Assembly: GCA_965263175.1 (NCBI GenBank)
Contig: OZ253587.1
Coordinates: forward strand, 234,579-298,578
DNA: 64,000 nucleotides
DNA from: Chloroflexota bacterium
GTDB lineage: Bacteria; Chloroflexota; UBA11872
Direction: 5' to 3'
The notes below the pieces were generated by a model. That model ran no database searches. It saw only the letters and a program-made list of their open reading frames with translations, and was not told the origin of the DNA. Within the stretch, counting starts at the first letter, position 1; each line of letters begins with the position of its first letter. Below, piece after piece: positions 1 through 9,502 of the stretch. A program made the position numbers and the translations under genes.

Positions 1-28
1 TTGACACCGCTAAGCTAACTGCTATACT
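1..28 (+). promoter_or_regulatory. sigma70-type promoter of the transposase
   Basis: TTGACA-16 nt-TATACT with TG extended -10, overlapped by inverted repeat GCTAACTG...CAGTTAGC (14-43). Confidence 0.65.
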
Positions 29-47
29 TAGATATCAGTTAGCAGGG

Positions 48-962
48 GTGTTTCGAATGCGCCGCCTCTCCCGCGATGACCGCGCCCAGATTCTCGCCTT
101 GCAGGTTGAAGGCATGTCGATTCGGTCGATGAGCCGCATCACCAGCCGCTCCAAAGACACCGTGATGCGGCTGGTGGTTGAGGCCGGCGAGGCATGCGCC
201 GAAGCGCACGGGAACCTCGTACGCGACTTGCGCTGCGAACAGGTCCAGGTGGACGAGCTCTGGGCCTTCGTGGCGATGAAACAGCGGCGCGTGCCAGCCG
301 AGCGCAAAGACGAGTTCGGCATCGGCGACGTCTGGACCTTCACGAGCATCGATCCCGAAACCAAGTTGATACCGACGTGGCTGATTGGCCGACGTGACGC
401 GGCCAGTGCGCGCCGGTTCCTGATTGACCTTGGCCGCCGGATTCGCGGCCGGTTCCAACTCACGTCCGACGGCGCCAGCTTCTACCGTGAAGCGGCCGAA
501 GCCGCGTTCGGCGGCCAGATTGACTACGCGCAGCTGGTGAAGCTCTACAGCGCCCCTGACGGCCCTGAGCGCTTCTACAGCCCGCCCGTGTGTGTGGCCG
601 CGGTTCCGACGCGGATCATGGGCGACCCGGACGAATCCCACGTCAGCACGTCGCACGTGGAGCGACAGAATCTCACGATGCGAATGTCGATGCGCCGATT
701 CACGCGGTTGACCAACGCCTTCTCCAAGAAGGTCTACAACCTGAGTTGCTCGGTGGCGCTCTACGTCTTCCACTACAACTTCGTGCGCCCGCACACGACG
801 CTCACCAAGGCCGCGCACGGCAAGCCGACAACGCCCGCGATGGCCGCTGGCCTAGCCGACAAGCCGTGGACGATGGCCGATATCGTCAAGCTGATCGAAG
901 ACCGTGAAGAGACGGCCGAAGACGTGGCAAAGCGGCGCAAGGACCGGCGTGATCAACGGTAG
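48..962 (+). CDS. IS1-family DDE transposase
   Basis: N-terminal HTH ([10 protein letters not shown]), [41 protein letters not shown] and TPAMAAG motifs typical of ISMhu11-like IS1 transposases. Confidence 0.93.
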   Translation: MFRMRRLSRDDRAQILALQVEGMSIRSMSRITSRSKDTVMRLVVEAGEACAEAHGNLVRDLRCEQVQVDELWAFVAMKQRRVPAERKDEFGIGDVWTFTSIDPETKLIPTWLIGRRDAASARRFLIDLGRRIRGRFQLTSDGASFYREAAEAAFGGQIDYAQLVKLYSAPDGPERFYSPPVCVAAVPTRIMGDPDESHVSTSHVERQNLTMRMSMRRFTRLTNAFSKKVYNLSCSVALYVFHYNFVRPHTTLTKAAHGKPTTPAMAAGLADKPWTMADIVKLIEDREETAEDVAKRRKDRRDQR

Positions 963-1021
963 CTTGACTTGATAGGCTTGAATGTGATACTCACCCGCCT
1001 CGTCGCCAGGAAGGACCGCAT

Positions 1022-1297
1022 ATGGCCGAAGTGTTTGCTGTGATTCTCCCCGACAAGAACCCCAAGGTCGGGGAGGCATTGACGAGCGCATACACGGCTG
1101 AGGACGTTCACCAAGTTGCCGGCAACGTGTATTTCGTACAGACCAACGATGAAGCGGGCACCGTTGTAGAAAAGGCCGGGATCGGTCTGGGCCAAGCTGA
1201 CCCGCCGGTGCCTGGCGTAGTGTTTAGCCTCAACGGATCGTACTCGGGTCTCTATTACAACACGCTCTGGAAGTGGATGGGCGTGAAGGATGCATGA
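1022..1297 (+). CDS. small IS passenger protein, 91 aa (possible ferredoxin-like fold)
   Basis: RBS-like AGGAAGGA upstream; lies inside the IS and is conserved in the second copy. Confidence 0.7.
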   Translation: MAEVFAVILPDKNPKVGEALTSAYTAEDVHQVAGNVYFVQTNDEAGTVVEKAGIGLGQADPPVPGVVFSLNGSYSGLYYNTLWKWMGVKDA

Positions 1298-1565
1298 CCC
1301 CCTCGGGGATCTGGGTTCGCATCAGGGGCAAGTTCGAGAACTGCAACGCGTGGCCGACACGGCCGCCTCGAAAGACTCGCTCCATGCGGTCGCCCTCACG
1401 GTCAATGGCCTTGTCGAACGGATTTCTAGCCTGGAGCGCGAGGTCAAGCACCGCCCGACCAAGGCTCAGGTGGCCGTGGTTTGTGGTGGTGTCGCGCTGG
1501 CGCTGCTAACACCGGCGACCATTTTCGTCACGAATGTCATCACAGTGGTCAACAAGGGAACCTAG
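1290..1565 (+). CDS. small coiled-coil protein with C-terminal TM helix, IS passenger
   Basis: 8-nt overlap with the previous gene; LVERISSLEREV coil followed by hydrophobic VAVVCGGVALALLTPATIFV. Confidence 0.65.
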   Translation: MHDPLGDLGSHQGQVRELQRVADTAASKDSLHAVALTVNGLVERISSLEREVKHRPTKAQVAVVCGGVALALLTPATIFVTNVITVVNKGT

Positions 1566-1785
1566 GTTCAGAGCTAGCCACAAGGCCGGCCACTATGGCG
1601 ACGCGCACCAGCGCCATCCAAGCGTTAGCCACCAACTGCAGTTGACACACCGCTCCGCGCTGACGCCAGCGCCGCAATACCCGCGGCCAAGTCAAAGTAG
1701 GACACTACCAACATTCAAGCATGCATGTAGCTACATTGTTTCGAGAGACCAATACCAGGCTCAGTGAAGTTCCCGGCTGGCAGCC

Positions 1786-1812
1786 CTGGATTCCGGCTTT
1801 CGCTGGAATGAC
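1786..1812 (-). repeat. REP-like palindrome
   Basis: Minus strand reads GTCATTCCAGCGAAAGCCGGAATCCAG, a GTCATTCC-type REP hairpin. Confidence 0.6.
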
Positions 1813-1940
1813 GATGCGTGGACGGTGCTCGGGAACTGCCGAGCGGATGGAGCTCGCAAGGCTTGGACCGGGTAGGCGTGGTTCGGGTGGCTGCGTACCA
1901 TGCGGGTGGGCAGCTACGCCGCATATGACCCGAGGACCGC

Positions 1941-2990
1941 ATGCCGACATTTGCCGTTGAGCCGTTGACCGAGGCCACTGCCCGGGTGCTGGGCGCGGCA
2001 GGGACGCCGGAGGACATTGCCGCCAAGCTGGCGCGCTGGCTGATCAACGCGAACCTGTCGGGACATCCCTCGCACGGGGTCATCCGGGTGCCGCAGTACC
2101 TGGCGCAGATCAAGGCGGGCGCCTACCGGCCGGCCGAGCGTCCGCGGGTGCTGACCGAGAGCGATACGTCGGTGCTGATGGAGGGCGGGGGAGCGTTCGG
2201 GCATCTGGCGGCCGAGGAACTGACCATCCGGCTGGTGAAGAAGTCGCGCGTCTCACGGGTGGCGGTGGGCGGCATCGCGCGCTGCAATCACATCGGACGC
2301 CTGGGCGAGTGGTCGGAACTGGCCGTCTCGATGGGCGCGGTCTTTCTAATGATCGCGGGCGGCCCCGGCATGATGCGCACGGCGCCGTTCGGCGGGCGCG
2401 AAGGCCGGATGAGCACCAACCCGATCAGCTTTGGCGCGCCAGCCGGCGACGCCGATCCGATCATCCTGGACTTCGCGACCACGGGCGCGGCCGAGGGCAA
2501 GATTCGCGTGGCGCGCGACAAGGGCGTCGAGATTCCGCCCGGACAGATTCTGGACAACCAGGGACGCCCCTCGACCAATCCACACGACCTCTACGACGAC
2601 GGGGTCATGCTGCCGTTTGGCGGCCACAAGGGCTACGGCCTGATGCTGATGGCCGAGTTGCTGGCGTCCAACCTGGTGGGCGACACCGTGACCGGCGCGC
2701 CGCAGTCGGCGATCGGCACGTTCGCGCTGGCCATCGACCCGGACGCGCTGGGCGCGGGCGCCGGATTCGCGGCAATGACCGACGCCACGATCAACCGGGT
2801 GAAGCGCACGTCGCCCGCCCCGGGGTTCAACGAAGTCCTGGTTCCCGGGGACGTGGAGCGCAGCTCACGGGCGGCCATCAGGGCGTCGGGCGTGGAGCTA
2901 CCGGACGCCACCTGGAACGACGTGCTGGCCGCCGCGGCGGACGTGGGGCTGGACCCGGAGGAATTGACGGCCATCGCGGCCGGCGGTTGA
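1941..2990 (+). CDS. Ldh_2 family (malate/lactate/ureidoglycolate) dehydrogenase
   Basis: GHPSHG, NHIGRLG, STNPISFG, LDFATT and PFGGHKGYGL motifs. Confidence 0.92.
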   Translation: MPTFAVEPLTEATARVLGAAGTPEDIAAKLARWLINANLSGHPSHGVIRVPQYLAQIKAGAYRPAERPRVLTESDTSVLMEGGGAFGHLAAEELTIRLVKKSRVSRVAVGGIARCNHIGRLGEWSELAVSMGAVFLMIAGGPGMMRTAPFGGREGRMSTNPISFGAPAGDADPIILDFATTGAAEGKIRVARDKGVEIPPGQILDNQGRPSTNPHDLYDDGVMLPFGGHKGYGLMLMAELLASNLVGDTVTGAPQSAIGTFALAIDPDALGAGAGFAAMTDATINRVKRTSPAPGFNEVLVPGDVERSSRAAIRASGVELPDATWNDVLAAAADVGLDPEELTAIAAGG

Positions 2991-3011
2991 GCGCCGGCGT
3001 CGGCCCGGCGG

Positions 3012-4187
3012 TTAGGCCAGGAACTCCTCCATGCGGCGGAGTGCTTCTTCCAGGTTTTCCATGCTGGTGGCAAAGCTGAGCCGCACGCAGTTGTCGTCGC
3101 CGAAGTCGCTGCCCGGCACCACGCCAACGTGCGCGTCTTGCAGCAGCCGACCGGCCCACTCGGTGGACCCTGACACGCCGACCTGCTCGTAGGTGTCGGC
3201 CACGTCGGGGAAGACGTAGAAGGCGCCGCCCGGCTCTGGGCAGACCACGCCTTCCAGCCGGTTGAGCGCGTCGCTGACGAACTGCCCGCGCTTTTCGAAC
3301 TCGCCGCGCATCATCTCCACGCAGGCCTGGTCGCCGTCCAGGGCCGCGGCCAGGGCGTGCATGGTGAAGGTTGCGGCGCCGCTGGTGGTCTGCGACTGCA
3401 GCTTGGCCATGCCCTTGATCAACTCCACCGGCCCGGCCGCGTAGCCCACGCGCCAGCCGGTCATTGAGTAGGTCTTGGAGCCGGCGTTGAAGGTGATGGT
3501 GTGCTGGTAGGCGTGGTCGGAGACGGCGCCGAAGCTCTTGAACGTGCGCCCGCCGTAGAGCAGGCGGTCGTACATCTCGTCGCTGAAGGTGATGACGTCG
3601 CTGTCCGCCAGCACGTCCACCAGCGCATCGGTCTCCTCGGGCGAGTAGGCGGCGCCGGTGGGGTTGCTGGGCGAGTTGAAGACGAACACGCGCGTGCGCG
3701 GCGTGAGCGCATCGCGCAGCTGTTCGGGCGTGATCTTGAAGTCCTGGTCCGCGCCGGCGTTGACGATGACTGGGACGCCGCCGCAGAGCTTGACCTGCTC
3801 GGGATAGGACACCCAGTAAGGCGCGGGGATGATGACCTCGTCGCCGGGGTCCAGCAGGGTGGCAAAGGCCAGGTAGAGCCCTTCCTTGCCGCCCACGGTG
3901 GCAATGACCTGGTCAGGCGTGTAGGTCAGGCCGTTCTCGCGCGCCAGCTTGTTACAGACGGCCTGCTTGAGTTCAGGAACGCCCGAGGCCGGCTTGGCGT
4001 ACTTGGTTTCGCCGTGGTCAAGCGCGGTGGCGGCGGCCTGCTTGATGTGGGCCGGCGTGTCGAAGTCGGGCTCGCCGGCGCCGAGGCTGATGACGTCCAC
4101 GCCTTGAGCGCGCAGGGCCGCGACTTTGTTGCTGACGGCGATCGTTCCCGATTCCGCCAAATCTTGAACACGCTGCGAGATCCTCAC
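3012..4187 (-). CDS. class I/II PLP aminotransferase (aspartate aminotransferase-like)
   Basis: GEPDFDTP, NSPSNPTG, DEMY and SKTYSMTGWRVG (PLP lysine). Confidence 0.95.
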   Translation of the reverse strand: MRISQRVQDLAESGTIAVSNKVAALRAQGVDVISLGAGEPDFDTPAHIKQAAATALDHGETKYAKPASGVPELKQAVCNKLARENGLTYTPDQVIATVGGKEGLYLAFATLLDPGDEVIIPAPYWVSYPEQVKLCGGVPVIVNAGADQDFKITPEQLRDALTPRTRVFVFNSPSNPTGAAYSPEETDALVDVLADSDVITFSDEMYDRLLYGGRTFKSFGAVSDHAYQHTITFNAGSKTYSMTGWRVGYAAGPVELIKGMAKLQSQTTSGAATFTMHALAAALDGDQACVEMMRGEFEKRGQFVSDALNRLEGVVCPEPGGAFYVFPDVADTYEQVGVSGSTEWAGRLLQDAHVGVVPGSDFGDDNCVRLSFATSMENLEEALRRMEEFLA

Positions 4188-4251
4188 GGGCTGGCCTTCT
4201 GGTGCAAGTCAGGGGGCGTCCATTGTGCCCGACGCCGGCTGCTCGTGGGCG

Positions 4252-5496
4252 CTATTGCGCGGCTGCGTTGCGTACGAACACGCCTTCGCGCAGGAGATAG
4301 GCGCTGACCTCGCGGTCCAGGCGCTCCGGGTATTCCAGGTCCAGCCGCGCGCAGGCGCGCTTGAGGTAGTGGCTGTAGGCCGCGGCAACTCGTGTCGCCA
4401 TGCGACGAATGCCCAGCACGCCGCCCTCCCGCAGCGGACGCAGGGCGGACGTGATGACCGATGCGTCCTCAGGTCGCAGACGGTCGGGCGCGTCGGCCGG
4501 CACTGGCGCATCGCCTCGGGAGGCCACGAAGGCGAATTCGGCGGCGCAGCGGGCCGCGCCGGCGTAGCCCCAGAGCAGACCGGTGTACATGCCGCGGTTG
4601 AAATAGGTCGCGCCCACCATGGCGTGGACCAGCAGGAAGCATCCGGCTTCGACGACCTGCGCGGCCGGACGCGCGTCGGGATCCGGGCCTGGCGGCGCGG
4701 GCTGCAATGGGACGGCAGTGCCGTAGCGGGCTTCCGCCTCAGCGGCCAGCGGCCGCACCACAGCGAGCGTGGGTTCGACTGAGTCGACTTCAGGGTCCGG
4801 CCAGGCGTCGCTCCAGGCGGCGAGCGGGGCGAGTAGCGGTGAAATGTCCTGCGCCGTCAGCGCGTCCGCCGCGTGCTTCGGTCCGAGGAGACCAGCCGCT
4901 CGCGGGTCGCGCAACAGCAGCAGGAGCCGCTGGGCCGATTCCAGCAGGTTGGCCTGCGCCTGCATGGCGGCAACGATGAAGGACTGCTCGATGGCAGGGT
5001 GGAGGCGCCCCGCCTCCGCTGGAACCTGCGCGGCTTGGCGTTCGAGCAGTTCACGGGGCGTTCGACGCCCCGGCTCGTACGGGAACTGCTTAAGGCGAGC
5101 TACGAGGCCATGGGGATCCAATATCGGCGCGACAGGTTCGTAGCGGTGTCGGTCGAGGCTGGCCGGCGCGGTGACAATGAAATCCACCCGGAGCGGGCCT
5201 TCGAAGGTGACGACCACCAGATCGTCGCCGCGCATCGACCGCATGCGCCAGCCCAGCACTGAACAGATGGCTTGCAGGGTGTCCGCAATGCCGGCCATGA
5301 AGCCCGTCCGGGCGCCGTCGGCGACCGCCAGCCGCAGGTCCACGTCGGACCAGCGGTCCGCGGTGCCGTCGGCCAGACTGCCGCCGACCCAGACCGCCTT
5401 GACGCGTGGGTCGCGAGCCAGGACTTTGTGCGCTGATTCGACGAAATGCAGGTGCAGACCGTCGGGCGCCAGGCCTGGGTTGGCGGGCAGGTTCAC
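4252..5496 (-). CDS. nucleotidyltransferase-domain protein
   Basis: GGSLADGTADRWSDVDL, the pol-beta-type GS...DxD motif. Confidence 0.75.
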   Translation of the reverse strand: MNLPANPGLAPDGLHLHFVESAHKVLARDPRVKAVWVGGSLADGTADRWSDVDLRLAVADGARTGFMAGIADTLQAICSVLGWRMRSMRGDDLVVVTFEGPLRVDFIVTAPASLDRHRYEPVAPILDPHGLVARLKQFPYEPGRRTPRELLERQAAQVPAEAGRLHPAIEQSFIVAAMQAQANLLESAQRLLLLLRDPRAAGLLGPKHAADALTAQDISPLLAPLAAWSDAWPDPEVDSVEPTLAVVRPLAAEAEARYGTAVPLQPAPPGPDPDARPAAQVVEAGCFLLVHAMVGATYFNRGMYTGLLWGYAGAARCAAEFAFVASRGDAPVPADAPDRLRPEDASVITSALRPLREGGVLGIRRMATRVAAAYSHYLKRACARLDLEYPERLDREVSAYLLREGVFVRNAAAQ

Positions 5497-6356
5497 GCGG
5501 GTCGTTCGATGACGCTGAGCAGTTCGTCGTGAAAGGCGTCGGTGTCGATCGAAGCGGCAAGCCGCAGGCCGGACGTCTCGTCGGCTGGAACAAAGCGAAC
5601 CTGGTCATCGACCACGTCCGCGCCCATCGGGGTTGGATCGAGCGAAAGGAATGTCTCGTCCAGCGCCAGGGTCAATGCGGCCGGGTCGTACATGGAGGTC
5701 CCATCGCGTTCGCGTCGGTCGACGTACGTCTCCAACATGGTTGCCAGTGAGGCGCCGACGCCCGGCGCTCGTCGCACACGAGCCAAGTCGTCACGCCGCA
5801 GCTGGGCCTGGCACGTGACCACGTAGTCGCCCACGAGGACGGTGCCGCCGCTGTTGCAGACGGCAGCCGCGGCCGTGGGATTGGCGCCGAAGTTGTGCTC
5901 GCGCGGGTTAGCTGCCTCGTGCCGGCCGCCCATCATCACGATGCCCGCCAGGCCCTCCATGGCCTCGGGACGCTCGGCCAGCAGCCCCGCCGTGTTAGTG
6001 GCCGGGCCGATGGTCGCCAGCCAGACGGGTGGCGGCGCCGTGGCAATGATGTCGGCCATCAACTCCGTTACCGAGCGTGCGTCGCAACGCGGATCGTCGC
6101 TCCCCCGCGGCACGACCACGTCGCCCGACAACGTGACGGTGTTGACTTCCCCGCCCGGCGCGCCGGGCGCCACCGGAACGTCATGAACGCCCAGTTCGTC
6201 CAGTAGCCGCAGCGCCAGCGCCGCCCGCCAGCGCGTGTCGCCCAGCACCGTGGTGACGGCGCACAGGTTGATGCGCGGATGGCGGACCGCGTAGGCGAGC
6301 GCAAACACGTCATCCACGTCGTCGCCGAGATCGGTGTCGAGGATGAGCGAAATCAC
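5493..6356 (-). CDS. nucleoside hydrolase (IUNH family)
   Basis: N-terminal LILDTDLGDDVDD, IGPATN, EHNF and YDP motifs; GTG start chosen at 6356. Confidence 0.9.
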   Translation of the reverse strand: MISLILDTDLGDDVDDVFALAYAVRHPRINLCAVTTVLGDTRWRAALALRLLDELGVHDVPVAPGAPGGEVNTVTLSGDVVVPRGSDDPRCDARSVTELMADIIATAPPPVWLATIGPATNTAGLLAERPEAMEGLAGIVMMGGRHEAANPREHNFGANPTAAAAVCNSGGTVLVGDYVVTCQAQLRRDDLARVRRAPGVGASLATMLETYVDRRERDGTSMYDPAALTLALDETFLSLDPTPMGADVVDDQVRFVPADETSGLRLAASIDTDAFHDELLSVIERPA

Positions 6357-6731
6357 GCCGCGCGCCTCCCGTGGTCGTCCAGCCGGGCCTTGGCCAACAT
6401 GACCTTGGTGAATTGTGCCCAGTGACGCTGTACGAGGGCCTGGTCGGCCTCTGAAACTTGCGGGTAGTGGCTTAGTTTGACTTGACGAGCGGGCGACCAC
6501 TCCGACCGCGGCGCGTCAACAGCATTATTGTTACGCTCCCGGCACCAGGTGGATTCAATTACGAGTAGGCGGCCTCGGCCGGGGTCGCTGGGAGCAATCC
6601 GCGTGGTAACGGGTCGTCGCCCCAGTGGTTCGTCCGGAGCCGCCTTTCTTCGCGGTGCCCTCGGGAGTTCCCACGTGCCGCGCACCTTGCCACCTCTGTT
6701 GTCAGCAGATTGCTGACGGCGGAGGCGGGGC

Positions 6732-7856
6732 ATGAACCGAGACTCGAAGCGCCCCAGGGGTTGCCGCGGCTGCCTCGGCCTCCTCGTGGTGATCGTGGCG
6801 ACCAGCTTGGTCGCCGCCTGGTTCCTCGTCGGTGAGCCGGCCGCTCCTGCCGACGAGGCGCCACCGGCACCCACGGAAACGGCGACACCGGCTGGACTGA
6901 CTCCAGTTGGTGCGACCTGGACCATCACGTCCGATGCCGTGCGCGACATCACGAACTATCGGTTTGTCGATGTCGTACTTAGCCAGCGGGTATCCGAACC
7001 GGACCTAACGGCCATTGCGCAACGCATCCGGCAGCAGAGTCCAGACCATCCCGTGGTCCACATCCTGTACTGGATCGAGGGCATGGACTCGGACAGGGGC
7101 GCGTGGGCGACTACCCGATTTGAGCACGGCCAACCGGTCAATGTCAGGATTAACGATCACCTTCTCACGCCGACCGCAACGCCGCAGTCCACGCCGACTC
7201 CGCAACCCACCGCCGCACCTCGCCTGACGCCCACGCCAACCGTACAGGTCACGTACTCCACCTGTGACGATGTGCCCACCTACTTGCTCCGCCTTGATAC
7301 GCAGGGGCGCATCGCCGTTGAGGGCCGGTTCGTCCCAAGCCAGCCAGATGGCGATGGCGATGGCTTCGCCTGCGGGGATCAGCTCGAGCACAAGCGGGGG
7401 CTGGTTCGGTCTACCCCGGCGCCGACGGCCACGACGACTCGAGCACCGCAAGCCTGCGACGCGTTCGAGCGAACGTACCTCCGAGTGCTTGAGCAGAACA
7501 TTCAAGCTATCGGTGCCGGCGCTCTGCTCCTCGTGGACCTATTCCAGCGGCTTGAACAGAATCCGAGCCTGCTCCAAGACCTCGATTTCAGGACTGAGTT
7601 CGCGATCATTGGTGGCCGGATGAATGGCGTCGGGAAGGAAATCCTCGATAGACCGCGCCCTCTGTCCCCTCGCTTTGCCTTGATTCACGACCGAGCCCGC
7701 ACGATGGCCCGTTCACTCAAGGCTGGGCTCGACGGAATGATGGACGTAATCAGTCGCGTTGACAGTGCCGCGATCATTACCGGCAGCGATCAGGTCGAGG
7801 CGGCCGGGAGAGAAATCCGAGCTATCAGGCATATGGCGGAGGGTGTTTGCGCGTAG
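6732..7856 (+). CDS. membrane-anchored Pro/Thr-rich surface protein with excalibur-like Ca-binding motif
   Basis: N-terminal TM helix, PTATP linkers, and YSTC...DGDGDGFACG. Confidence 0.75.
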   Translation: MNRDSKRPRGCRGCLGLLVVIVATSLVAAWFLVGEPAAPADEAPPAPTETATPAGLTPVGATWTITSDAVRDITNYRFVDVVLSQRVSEPDLTAIAQRIRQQSPDHPVVHILYWIEGMDSDRGAWATTRFEHGQPVNVRINDHLLTPTATPQSTPTPQPTAAPRLTPTPTVQVTYSTCDDVPTYLLRLDTQGRIAVEGRFVPSQPDGDGDGFACGDQLEHKRGLVRSTPAPTATTTRAPQACDAFERTYLRVLEQNIQAIGAGALLLVDLFQRLEQNPSLLQDLDFRTEFAIIGGRMNGVGKEILDRPRPLSPRFALIHDRARTMARSLKAGLDGMMDVISRVDSAAIITGSDQVEAAGREIRAIRHMAEGVCA

Positions 7857-7866
7857 GCGCTAAAGC

Positions 7867-7900
7867 CAGCAGGGGTCGCCTGTATAGGCGACCCCTGCTG
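7867..7900 (+). terminator. hairpin terminator
   Basis: 15-bp perfect stem CAGCAGGGGTCGCCT-gtat-AGGCGACCCCTGCTG just after the stop codon. Confidence 0.7.
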
Positions 7901-8196
7901 TGCGCGCAGCGGTAAAATGGCGTGCTAGCGTAGGTCCAGCGAATAGCTTACGGTTCGCGACATAGCGACAACAGGTATCGCGAACCTTCCGGCAGCGCCC
8001 GCCGTGAATGGTGGGCGGCTGCTGCGTCTCAGAAAGGCCGCACCGTGAGAATACTCAAGTTTCTCGCCTGGCTGTTCGGCCCTGAGGCGCGCAAATTGTG
8101 TGCGCGCATGATCCGGCAAGTGCTCGCTGGTCTGGCGCATCTCGCGCGTTGCTTCGCGCCGCCGCGTTACGTGCAGCTCGCACTCCCGCTTTAGCT

Positions 8197-8403
8197 ATGG
8201 ACGCACAGAAGCAGCGGGTCGCCGAACTCGAAGCGGAACTTGCCGCGTTGAAACGCTATCTGCATGCATGGCACATTCCGTTCCCCAACGACGGCATTGA
8301 TCGGCGCTTTGGCGTGCCGCGCAGTGTACGCACGCCGCTCTATGACGGGCCACTGACGACTATCCAGGTGCTCGCAGATCCAAATCGAACGATGCATGGG
8401 TGA
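8197..8403 (+). CDS. small hypothetical coiled-coil protein
   Basis: MDAQKQRVAELEAELAALKR; its stop overlaps the next ORF start (GTGA). Confidence 0.4.
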   Translation: MDAQKQRVAELEAELAALKRYLHAWHIPFPNDGIDRRFGVPRSVRTPLYDGPLTTIQVLADPNRTMHG

Positions 8404-8849
8404 TAGCTGTGGTTCCTCCTGACCTCGCCCATGCTGTGGCTTACGTCCAGCTCGTGCAGCACGGCCTATTCGCCCTCATCGCGTGGGTTTCGGTCGGTGT
8501 CTATGGGTCGTTTTACGTGCTACGAAGCCTCGCAACCCCACCGCGACCTCGGCTACGCGAAAATGCCCTTGAGCGTCTTGGCGGACCTGCTTCGATGCTG
8601 CTGGTGGCGCATCTGACGCTGGACAGTATCGATTTCGATGAGGAGTCGCCTCCGCACACGCTTGAAGCGATTGAGCTTCCTGCGTCTCCGCTGGAACTGC
8701 CGCTGTTGTCCCTGGTGGTCTGCGGGGTGTTCGGCGTCTTGTCGGTGGTCGTGCTGGTATTCGTCGCGTTCATCGGCAGCCGTAGCTTTCGGGTACGGCG
8801 CCTCGTAGCGCTCTCACTACTTCGCACTCGCCCGCACTGGACCCAATAG
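8400..8849 (+). CDS. hypothetical membrane protein
   Basis: Two to three hydrophobic segments; coupled to the upstream ORF. Confidence 0.45.
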   Translation: MIAVVPPDLAHAVAYVQLVQHGLFALIAWVSVGVYGSFYVLRSLATPPRPRLRENALERLGGPASMLLVAHLTLDSIDFDEESPPHTLEAIELPASPLELPLLSLVVCGVFGVLSVVVLVFVAFIGSRSFRVRRLVALSLLRTRPHWTQ

Positions 8850-9428
8850 CTGCTTGGCGGGTGGCCTGGGCCAACGGGACCATGCCACCGCCGTCCAATT
8901 CCTGACCGACCTGGGGCACCGCAACCCTGGCCAGTTCCAACTCTCAACGGACGCCGCGTCCTTCTACTTCGACGCCGCTTGGTAGGCCTTGGGCGGCCAC
9001 GGGGACTACGGGCAAATCTGGAAGCACACCGTGCCGCGCAAAAAGGCAGCGTCCGTCCCGAAGGTCGAGCGGACGCCCATCGTGGTGCACGGTCGACCCG
9101 ACCCCGATCACATCAACGCGTCGTAAATCGAACGGCACAGCCCGACGATGCGGATGTCAATGTGGCGCTACACGCGCCGGACGAACGCGTTCAGCAAGAA
9201 GGTCCAGAATCACGCCTTGCGGTCGCGACGTACATGTTCCACTGCAACTTCTGCCGACCGCACGGGACGCTGACAAAGGATGCCCACGGCAAGCCGACGA
9301 CGCCCGCGATGGCGGCTGGGCTGGCAGGTGGTCGTTGGACGATGGCGGACCTGGTTGATCTACTTGAGGGGCGAGAGGACGATGCGGTCGCCGTCGCGCG
9401 GCGGCGGAAGGATCGCCGATCAAACTAA
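8833..9428 (+). pseudogene. truncated, frameshifted IS1-family transposase
   Basis: Fragments GQRDHATAVQFLTDLG, GQFQLSTDAASFY (then a stop) and [25 protein letters not shown] align to 48-962. The HTH and DELW region is missing. Confidence 0.88.
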
Positions 9429-9502
9429 GCCACTACCAACTTGCGGGCGGGGCTGCGCGGGCGCATCCTGATGGGGACGACACGTAAGGTCCCAGCACCG
9501 CT

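Larger units (their letters stand above)
1..1709 (+). mobile_element. IS1-family (ISMhu11-like) element, partial copy (left part outside window)
   Basis: Ends in CAAGTCAAAGTAGGACACTACC (1688-1709). It is the reverse complement of 54644-56352 with the same length and identical ORF translations. Confidence 0.93.
6463..9437 (+). mobile_element. non-autonomous IS1-family cargo element
   Basis: 18-bp perfect TIR GGTAGTGGCTTAGTTTGA, 8-bp TSD AACTTGCG (6455-6462 and 9438-9445), and a decayed transposase at the right end. Confidence 0.92.

Noticed and set aside
19-38. LexA (SOS) box over the transposase promoter
   Set aside because: CTG and CAG are 14 nt apart, not 10; kept only as an inverted repeat.
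6357-6500. N-terminal extension of the nucleoside hydrolase
   Set aside because: It runs into the IS end, and the family motif begins right after GTG 6356.
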